Assembly: GCA_022449345.1 (NCBI GenBank)
Contig: JAKURL010000001.1
Location: 14,211 to 78,210, forward strand
Length of the DNA: 64,000 nt
DNA from: Candidatus Thalassarchaeum sp.
GTDB lineage: Archaea > Thermoplasmatota > Poseidoniia > Poseidoniales > Thalassarchaeaceae
Reading direction: 5' to 3'
Shown here: positions 56,436-64,000 of the stretch, piece by piece
How the letters are laid out: each line of letters opens with the position of its first letter
Numbering within the stretch: position 1 is the stretch's first letter
Notes under the pieces: model-generated
Databases searched by the model: none
Seen by the model: the letters and a program-made list of their open reading frames with translations, nothing else
Told to the model about the DNA's origin: nothing
Position numbers and translations under genes: made by a program

Positions 56436-58454
56436 ATGACCGCGGAAGCAGCCGATTCCTCGCTGAGATACTTCGCTCACTCCGAAGTTCGCGAATCGCA
56501 ATCAGATATGATTGAGGACGGAATCGAGGCTTTGTTATCAGAGGGGTTTCTGATGGCCTCAGCACCGACTGGGATAGGAAAAACAGCGGCTGCTTTAGCC
56601 AGTGCAATCAGCGTTCAGAGATCCTCTTCTGACGAAATTAGTATTCTATTCCTCACAGGTCGACAATCACAACATAGGATAGTTGTAGACACAGTCCACG
56701 ATATCAATCAGAGACTTGGGCAATCTGAACCCTCTATTCGATTGGTCGATTTGATTGGTCGCGAAGGAATGTGTCGAAATGTCGACCGTATCAGTGGAAA
56801 ATGTGATTGTGAAGATGAACTCGATTCTTCGATGAGAGAAGAATTGAGAGCGGATGTTCAATCGAGTATTTTGCGAACGGTAACACATGTTGACGATTTG
56901 ATTCGAAACTGTAGACGAATCCACCTTTGCCCTTGGGCAACTGCTAGAGATGCTGTCAAGAATTGCAAAATTTTGGTTTGTGATTACAATCACGTTTTCA
57001 TCGATAGCGTTAGAGAAGCATCATTGCCATCGATGGGAATAGATTTGGAAAATACCATCCTCATCGTCGATGAGGCACATAATCTACCGGATAGAGTTCG
57101 CAATGGTATGGAACGTCGAATAATTTCGAATACCTTCCGAGATGCAAGATTTGAGGTTCAAGAACACCTAGAAACAGCAATCGAACTGGCCGCTGGTAGA
57201 GGAGAAGAAGTAGAATTAGATGAAATGGAATGGGCTGAAAGATCACTGAAACGTCTTCAATCTCAAATGCCTACATGGTTCTCTGCACGTGAGAAGGAAT
57301 TATCCCGTTCAGATGAGGAAGATATGCAAGTCGAAACAACAGATTTGTTAGAAGAGATGGAAGAGATACTGAACGAAACCCTAGAGGAAATACCAGCTGG
57401 TAGATTCTCAAGTCTCCATCGACTGGTCGCACAATTATACGCAGTTCGTGTCGATTTAGATAATGAAGATGAAGATGAAAAAGAAACCAGTAGTGAACGG
57501 CTAGCTTCATTCATCTCTACCTGCGGACAATACGAAGACTCGTCAGCTCTTGTTTTGGTGTTCGATAAATTATTAGACGAGCCGAGGGTGAGGTCTTTTC
57601 TTCTAGATCCAGGGGTTGTTTCTGGCCCACTTTTCACCGCCTGTCGAGGTTCTATCCTAATGTCAGGAACTTTGTTTCCCACCGAAATGTATCGAGACCT
57701 ATTACGATTGCCAAGTAATGCAGAAAGGCAATTACTTGCGAAGCAATACGATTCGCCTTTCCTCTCAGAAAGAAGGCCGGTATTAATTGCTCAAAATACT
57801 ACATCGAGATATACTGAACGTGGTGAAAGCAATACCAACAATATCCGCGACCACATTATCGAAGTTTTACGAAATACACCAGGGCATGTTGCGCTATTTA
57901 CTCAGAGTTATGCAATGCTGGATATGGTATTGGACGACTACCGTTGGATTCCTTGGGGTATCCAAGTAGAGAAAGAGACCGCTAGAATGAGCAAGCGACT
58001 GGTTGGTGAAATGATAGAGAATCTATATCAAAATCGGCGTACAAATGACAGAGTTCTGCTTTGCGGTGTACTTTCGGGTAAATTGGCCGAAGGTGTCGAT
58101 TATCCAGATAACATACTCGACGCGGTAATTTGCGTGGGGCTTCCTGTTCCTCCCCCAAGCGCACGACAAAAGGCATTGACAGACTATTGTAAAGACAAAT
58201 TCGGAGTGAATGTGGCTAGGAGATACTCCAGCCATCAACCGGCCGTAAACAGTGTACTACAAGCGATTGGCCGACCAATTCGAAAAGCCAATGATAGAGC
58301 ACTTGTTGTCATTCTAGAAAAGCGTATGAGAGAGAGACCTTACCGCTTCTGTGTGCCGACGAATCTACTGTTGATGAAGAGCCAAGATGCAAAAAGAACT
58401 GCCCGAATCGCAAAGAGATTCTTTGAGCGCTTTCCAGATCCCGCTATTGAGTGA
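56436..58454 (+). CDS. XPD/DinG-family Fe-S ATP-dependent DNA helicase
   Basis: APTGIGKT, Cys cluster (MC..KCDC..NC..LCPW), DYNH, VDEAH, MSGTL, LAEGVD and QAIGRPIR motifs. Start moved to ATG 56436. Confidence 0.92.
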   Translation: MTAEAADSSLRYFAHSEVRESQSDMIEDGIEALLSEGFLMASAPTGIGKTAAALASAISVQRSSSDEISILFLTGRQSQHRIVVDTVHDINQRLGQSEPSIRLVDLIGREGMCRNVDRISGKCDCEDELDSSMREELRADVQSSILRTVTHVDDLIRNCRRIHLCPWATARDAVKNCKILVCDYNHVFIDSVREASLPSMGIDLENTILIVDEAHNLPDRVRNGMERRIISNTFRDARFEVQEHLETAIELAAGRGEEVELDEMEWAERSLKRLQSQMPTWFSAREKELSRSDEEDMQVETTDLLEEMEEILNETLEEIPAGRFSSLHRLVAQLYAVRVDLDNEDEDEKETSSERLASFISTCGQYEDSSALVLVFDKLLDEPRVRSFLLDPGVVSGPLFTACRGSILMSGTLFPTEMYRDLLRLPSNAERQLLAKQYDSPFLSERRPVLIAQNTTSRYTERGESNTNNIRDHIIEVLRNTPGHVALFTQSYAMLDMVLDDYRWIPWGIQVEKETARMSKRLVGEMIENLYQNRRTNDRVLLCGVLSGKLAEGVDYPDNILDAVICVGLPVPPPSARQKALTDYCKDKFGVNVARRYSSHQPAVNSVLQAIGRPIRKANDRALVVILEKRMRERPYRFCVPTNLLLMKSQDAKRTARIAKRFFERFPDPAIE

Positions 58455-58472
58455 GTTTCAGTCAATGGATTC

Positions 58473-58967
58473 ATGACAGACGGATTATTCGACAGGGTGA
58501 AGAGAATGTGGCTGAAGGTCAATGTTGAGGGTTCTGAAACTCTAGGAAATGGTCTTGACGAACAGTTCGAACGAGGGCTCGATATCGATGCTGAGACCAT
58601 GCATCAACGGTTTTTAGCAGACCTACCACACCTCGATTCGGCGAAGAGTAATCACAATGATTTATTGACACATATTTCTGGTAGAATTGGCGAATCGAAA
58701 TCCCATGCTAGATCGTTTGATTCACCAAGTATAGGTTTTGATGAACTGGATAAAGAAGCAGTACAATCAGGGTTTGACATCATTTTGGATATCGACGCAT
58801 TGACCGGTCTGTCAGTTACAACCTCGATTGAGCAAGAGCGAAGACTGATTCGTGTGATTGCACCCGAACGCTTCGGAGGTATGATTCACACACTATCGAT
58901 ACCTGCTTATCTGGATATTGAATCGGCTAGCCTTACAGATGGAGTTCTTCATTTGAGCTTTGACTGA
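58473..58967 (+). CDS. Hypothetical protein, C-terminus Hsp20/alpha-crystallin-like
   Basis: HTLSIPAYLDIESASLTDGVLHLSF resembles the final ACD strands. Confidence 0.55.
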   Translation: MTDGLFDRVKRMWLKVNVEGSETLGNGLDEQFERGLDIDAETMHQRFLADLPHLDSAKSNHNDLLTHISGRIGESKSHARSFDSPSIGFDELDKEAVQSGFDIILDIDALTGLSVTTSIEQERRLIRVIAPERFGGMIHTLSIPAYLDIESASLTDGVLHLSFD

Positions 58968-61900
58968 CTAAGCGACTGATTCGCTTAGGTCAAAGGAATC
59001 TCTTTCAGGGATTTCTTGTAATTCGTCGATCTCCTGCAATACCATAGAGAGTGCGTGCTGAGCGTTTTGTCTGTGGCCATCGCCTAACTTGTGAGAGGAA
59101 TATCTCGCTTCTTCGAAAATCCTGTCTAATGCCACAAGGGCTTCCTCGCTAATTGGTAGAGCCTTTCTAATCGCCATTTCAAATTCTCTAACTGTTTCAA
59201 AGTCACGGCGCAAGAACCCATGACGCATGAGAATATTGCAAAGGCTCTCATAGCAATTGAAGATGGCCTCACGAATCTCGTCGCCAGCGGCAAGTAACTC
59301 TGCTGTATAGCTGAATATTCCCGCCATCTCATCGAGGGCTGCTAATCTACGACGCCTTAGTGATAAGGCGAGTCCTGTAAGAGTTCCTAAAATCAGAAGA
59401 ATTCCAACAATTGCAATTATTTGCCAGATGGTGAATAGCGATGCTGGATCCTCGTATGTCATCTTGATACCTCCATGTTCGTTGGCTAGCCACAAACGAT
59501 CGTTTGGACTAATTAGTTGAGAATCTGTCTGGAAGATTAGTGATAATTCTCCCCATTTAGTTTGGTCAAAGAATGCGGGTTGGTTTTGGATTATGAAATC
59601 ATAATCCATTATTCCATTTTCATCTGTAAGTTTGACATTCTGGAAGTGGATGGTTGTGGTATTGACCAGGCGCGCGACGATAGATATACCTCCAATAGGT
59701 AGACCTGTATCGTTTGCGGAAACTGTAACTGTTCCATTTATTCTCCTCTGGTTTTCTTTGATGTGATGGCTATCGGGTGTGAATGTGAAAGTAACTGGTA
59801 CACGGATATTGACAATGTGTTCAATTTCGACACCGTTGAGGAATCTATCAGCATCGGCGAGTACTGAGAGGGTTAGTGTCAACTCGCCAGGAGGCATTGT
59901 AGAGCGGGCCGGTGAGCGGAGGTCGAAGTGACCTGTGGATTCGTCCCAAACCAGTACCGAAGGCTCTGCAGAACCGTCCCATAGCAATACGACTTCCATA
60001 CCTTCGATAACATTGCCCTCTCCGCCGAATTCAACTATTCGTCCTACCAATTTTATCTCCTTGGACTCGTCTGAACGGATGATTAAATCAGTCTCCCACA
60101 ATACTTCGATGAGAATATCTGCTCTAGCATAAACCGTCATGTTGTATTCTACTGGAAGGTAGAATGTTTGGCCTTCAAAGGTGAATCTAATATCGTGCCC
60201 GCCTCTTGCGATAAGATAGCCAATCGAATAATCTAATTCGAAACTGCCATCTTCGCCAGTAGTTAATCGATTGATTTCCACACCATCTAAAGTAACGATA
60301 ATCTCTCGGCCAACCAGACCGGGGGCACCTGAAGTATCCGAGTCAAATAGACGACCTGTGAAGCTCCATTGTTCCCCCCTAGTAACCGATACTTCATCTA
60401 CCTGTAGATTGATTGCCGTATGGTATGCAATTGTTAGGTTGGCTTCAACACTACCTGGCCTGTAGTATCCCTGTGCGGGTGCCGATACGGTAATGGTGTG
60501 GAAGCCGATATCTAAGAAGTCCGAGACCACCCAATTGAAGGACCAGCCTCCATTTTCACGACTGGTAGTAATCCCAACTAGAGTTCCATCAATGAAGATT
60601 TCAAGTGAGTGATTGGCTAATCCACCATCTGGTAGATTATCCCTAACAGTTCCAGAAAGTCTCATCTCATCGCCTACTGCATAAGCACTCGGCGGATTAA
60701 TAGAGATGATTGTTGGAGCATATACGGTGAATACTGTTGTTGAATTTGAAGGTAGAATAAATTCCTCACCTTGGAAAATAATCTTGACTAGGCGTGGTCC
60801 TAGTGGCATATCTGGAGGGATTGGAAGGTAGATGCTGAATGTACCATTTTCTTCAACCTGAAGACCTGTTAGGAATTGATCGTTCATCGTCACCTCAAGA
60901 TATCTATCACCAAGGATGCGGCCGGCTCCATCAGTAAGCATTCCTTCAATCAGAAGCAATTGATTTCTATCGACATCACCTGGTGGAGTTGTTAGGACAA
61001 CTTGGGAGGTTTGTGTGACATTGAATTCTATAGTAGTCGAAGAAGGTAAGTAATATTCTGGATTTAACGAATCTCCTTGACCCATAGGATCTACCCAAGT
61101 AAATCCTCCAAGGAAAATTGCGGTCACAGTGTGAGCCCCATAGTCCATATCCAGTGGTAAATCATAGGTCACTTGCCATTCTCCGGAGGATGCATTTGAA
61201 ACAGTTGTATAGGTAGAACCAACATCAATTCCATCTATCCAGATGTGGAGGACACCTCCAGAAAGTAGGCCGCTATCGGTCAATGTATGGCCATGTTCAT
61301 CTAGCAGCGTTCCTGTAAAAGTAATATTTTCTCCCGCAACCATCGAACCAAATAATTCATTGAATTCAATTACGGTCGGGGCAAGGACGATTACTCTAGA
61401 CCAAGTAGCGTCACCTTGCAATCCGGTAGAACCGTTAATTCCTGCAAATTCTGCAGAAATTAGCATAGGTCCCTGTATTCTTTGCGAATCTACTGGGATG
61501 ACAAAAGTTGCACGGCCGCCTGCATCGGTAATTACAGATTGAATGAACGTACCATCGACTAGGATGTCTATAGGTGCATTATCAACTAATTGGCCGGCAT
61601 TGTCGATAAGGGAGATGTTGACACTAACATCATTGCCCCTGACTACTCTTCTATCAGGATCAAGATCCGCGGGGTCTAATATTGAAATTAGTGAATATCC
61701 TCTACTATCAAAGATTCCAGAATCACTGCTTGAACCGTAGTAATTTACGGTGGGAGTGAAACTTGCAGTGATATTATGTGTGCCGCGAGGGAAGGAAAGA
61801 CCTAGGGTAATTACTGAGTTCCAAGTACCATTCGGATTAACCACACCTCCTGATGTTTGGAATCCTGAATCTGTGCCATCGATTCGGAAGGTTAAGAATG

Positions 61901-64000
61901 CAGCCAACGAGGCTCCTGACCTATCCATTATTCCAGTACCGTTGCTTGAGAGCAATGTTCCGCTGACATTGAAGGATTCACCTGCTACTGGATTATCAGA
62001 TACTGGTGAAATTGTCAGATTGGTCGGTGAACGGACAAATATCTGGTTCATCACAGTTGATGTTGAGTGGAGGGTAGATGACCCATTGAAGAATAATGTA
62101 ATTCCTATTTGACCAAGTGGGTGGGAATGTGGAACGTCGAAGGTGAAATTGACCAAACCTTCTCCATTTGTCACTGCTTCAGTCATCCAAGTATCGTGGA
62201 ATTTAGCAGCAACCGTCATGCCACCAACCGGAATATCGTTATCGGAATATTCAGTTAATCGTGCTCCGAAAGTTATGGAAGTACCTCTATCCACAACCGT
62301 CTGAATAATTGGGGTTCGATCCGTGAAACGGGTGACTCCTTTGACTAGGATAGAAGCATTACCAGTACCCGTGAGGTAGAATGGGGAGCTATCCTCAATA
62401 ACGCTCACGACTACCGTTTTTGTGCCACTAGAAACTCCATCGCCAAATGGGTCGGTTGGGACTGAAATAGTGAAAGAGCCATTACTTGTTGTTGTGTGTC
62501 CGGAAACCAATGTTTCGCTTGAGTCGTTTAGGAAGAACACTTCCACTGCCATTGGTCCATTTACAGTTCGGTTGCTATCGAAGCCATCTAGAACCCTTCC
62601 AGAAATTGTGAATGATTGACCAGCTGTGACTTCTTGAGGAATGGAATCAATTGTAACGTGGCTATCTACTTGCACAGTTAAATTCGCGAATGTGTCATTA
62701 CCAATCCAACGCCCTGCATCTGTATCAGTGAGGTTGTCTGTTAAGTCATCATTAGCATGTACACGAAGGTCGTAGAAGCCCGGAATCGTATCTTCAAGTA
62801 GAGTCGGGTTAAATCTAGCAACACCGTCAACATCTGTGGTCGCGGTATCGATAATTATCTGGTTCGGACCACCCCAATCGAAATAGAGGTCAACATTGGC
62901 ATCAGGCACCACAGAGCCATCTGCAATATCGGTGATTGTTGCGTTGAGAATTAAGGTGGTTCCCGCTACGACAATTATAGATTCGGGTTCTGCTTCAACT
63001 ACAAATTCACTCTGGATTCCTGAGAGAACTCTTGTTTGAGCTAAAGTAGTATAGAATGGTCCGAGTATTGCTGCGTTAGTTGAGAAATCTAAAACGAAAC
63101 GCATGAAGTAAGCACCAGAGCGAATGTCACTTGGCATTGTGAATGAGTAGTTGTAGGCACCAGTGGTCTCATTGATCCATCCACTGACTAAGGTATGTAT
63201 GACTGGTGGAGCTGGGCTTCCATCTGGGCTAGGAGGTAAGTCAGAAGGAGTCTCCAGTTGAACCACAATTGACGAGTTATTTCCAATTATAGGAGTCAGG
63301 TGGAAAATGTCCTGCGCGACTCCTGACACCCATGTAACGGTTCCTCTTTCGGTCCATTCCGAACCTAGAGTAACTGTTACGTTGGCTCTTCCTTGTATCC
63401 TAATTTCATCCGAGACCGATGCTGGACGTAGCCATGTTGATCCAGAGTAATTCATCTGCCAAGAGTAATCTCCTGCAATAGTATCTGATTTAGGCGCCCA
63501 AACCACATTGAAACTACCGGATTCTGGGTCGGTAATATTGAAGACTTCCGTACCATTGAAATCGACTGAGTACAGGCCAGGGAAATCGGCAACCGAGGTC
63601 TCGGTGTGATCTGAAAGTTGCACAATAACAAATGCTTCATTGCCCCTAGGCGTTGGATTCAACACATAGGTGAACTCGACGTATGACCTGATTCCGTATG
63701 TAGACAGGAAAGTTTCCTCATCAGTTGCGAATAGATCATCCGCTGAATAGGTGAATTTCACTTCAACCAGCCCCGAAGGAATTGCTACAGATGACTCGTT
63801 GAAGTCCCATTGCAGAGCGAATTCACCTGAAGTTGAAGTCCAGTTGCTTGAGTTCAGTTGCCAAGTAGCAAGATCTGTGTATGGGCCATTGGTCCCAGCC
63901 CTGCGCATTTGGAAAGTAAGTGTGCCATTCAATGCCTCGGGAGCAGGACCTCTACTAACTGCAGTACCATTGATGAAGACTAGTTCATTTATATCGAGGA
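58968..64000 (-). CDS. Large surface protein with tandem Ig-like repeats, C-terminal TM and DUF4129-like domain; 5' end outside window
   Basis: The frame is open upstream of the track start to base 64000. Repeated G.L.D.....TT..DG.F modules, TM IVGILLILGTLTGLAL, and REAIF.CY..L..ETVREF...LDRIFEEARYS.H. Confidence 0.85.
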   Translation of the reverse strand, partial: LDINELVFINGTAVSRGPAPEALNGTLTFQMRRAGTNGPYTDLATWQLNSSNWTSTSGEFALQWDFNESSVAIPSGLVEVKFTYSADDLFATDEETFLSTYGIRSYVEFTYVLNPTPRGNEAFVIVQLSDHTETSVADFPGLYSVDFNGTEVFNITDPESGSFNVVWAPKSDTIAGDYSWQMNYSGSTWLRPASVSDEIRIQGRANVTVTLGSEWTERGTVTWVSGVAQDIFHLTPIIGNNSSIVVQLETPSDLPPSPDGSPAPPVIHTLVSGWINETTGAYNYSFTMPSDIRSGAYFMRFVLDFSTNAAILGPFYTTLAQTRVLSGIQSEFVVEAEPESIIVVAGTTLILNATITDIADGSVVPDANVDLYFDWGGPNQIIIDTATTDVDGVARFNPTLLEDTIPGFYDLRVHANDDLTDNLTDTDAGRWIGNDTFANLTVQVDSHVTIDSIPQEVTAGQSFTISGRVLDGFDSNRTVNGPMAVEVFFLNDSSETLVSGHTTTSNGSFTISVPTDPFGDGVSSGTKTVVVSVIEDSSPFYLTGTGNASILVKGVTRFTDRTPIIQTVVDRGTSITFGARLTEYSDNDIPVGGMTVAAKFHDTWMTEAVTNGEGLVNFTFDVPHSHPLGQIGITLFFNGSSTLHSTSTVMNQIFVRSPTNLTISPVSDNPVAGESFNVSGTLLSSNGTGIMDRSGASLAAFLTFRIDGTDSGFQTSGGVVNPNGTWNSVITLGLSFPRGTHNITASFTPTVNYYGSSSDSGIFDSRGYSLISILDPADLDPDRRVVRGNDVSVNISLIDNAGQLVDNAPIDILVDGTFIQSVITDAGGRATFVIPVDSQRIQGPMLISAEFAGINGSTGLQGDATWSRVIVLAPTVIEFNELFGSMVAGENITFTGTLLDEHGHTLTDSGLLSGGVLHIWIDGIDVGSTYTTVSNASSGEWQVTYDLPLDMDYGAHTVTAIFLGGFTWVDPMGQGDSLNPEYYLPSSTTIEFNVTQTSQVVLTTPPGDVDRNQLLLIEGMLTDGAGRILGDRYLEVTMNDQFLTGLQVEENGTFSIYLPIPPDMPLGPRLVKIIFQGEEFILPSNSTTVFTVYAPTIISINPPSAYAVGDEMRLSGTVRDNLPDGGLANHSLEIFIDGTLVGITTSRENGGWSFNWVVSDFLDIGFHTITVSAPAQGYYRPGSVEANLTIAYHTAINLQVDEVSVTRGEQWSFTGRLFDSDTSGAPGLVGREIIVTLDGVEINRLTTGEDGSFELDYSIGYLIARGGHDIRFTFEGQTFYLPVEYNMTVYARADILIEVLWETDLIIRSDESKEIKLVGRIVEFGGEGNVIEGMEVVLLWDGSAEPSVLVWDESTGHFDLRSPARSTMPPGELTLTLSVLADADRFLNGVEIEHIVNIRVPVTFTFTPDSHHIKENQRRINGTVTVSANDTGLPIGGISIVARLVNTTTIHFQNVKLTDENGIMDYDFIIQNQPAFFDQTKWGELSLIFQTDSQLISPNDRLWLANEHGGIKMTYEDPASLFTIWQIIAIVGILLILGTLTGLALSLRRRRLAALDEMAGIFSYTAELLAAGDEIREAIFNCYESLCNILMRHGFLRRDFETVREFEMAIRKALPISEEALVALDRIFEEARYSSHKLGDGHRQNAQHALSMVLQEIDELQEIPERDSFDLSESVA

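Overview
A gene-dense archaeal chromosome segment, most likely Marine Group II (Ca. Poseidoniales, Thermoplasmatota). This assignment is inferred from archaeal-type Cbf5, AlaRS, RpoE', Spt4, S24e, S27ae, archease, DGGGP synthase, a GPN GTPase and several giant acidic surface proteins. The window holds about 49 CDS (both end genes truncated) and three tRNAs with encoded CCA: Glu-CTC, Thr-GGT and Ser-GGA. I saw no rRNA, CRISPR array, integrase or transposase. Best leads: (1) a 95-nt hairpin with a near-textbook kink-turn that ends exactly at the Shine-Dalgarno of the rpoE'-spt4-rps24e-rps27ae operon; (2) a cytoplasmic polyproline/acidic protein with a mu-homology-domain-like (adaptin/delta-COP-like) region, split by a +1 frame change; (3) a polar amino-acid ABC permease fused to an extracellular YCF48/BNR beta-propeller, with no solute-binding protein nearby; (4) a double-receiver/PPDK-ATP-grasp protein lacking the PEP-binding barrel, near gdhA and an RHH regulator with an 11-bp tandem repeat; (5) a TSP3-repeat surface protein containing a lysine-less biotinyl/lipoyl-like domain; (6) a tandem V4R-like protein. 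All family assignments come from motifs read by eye; no searches or folding programs were run. Several starts were moved downstream of the ORF-track starts.
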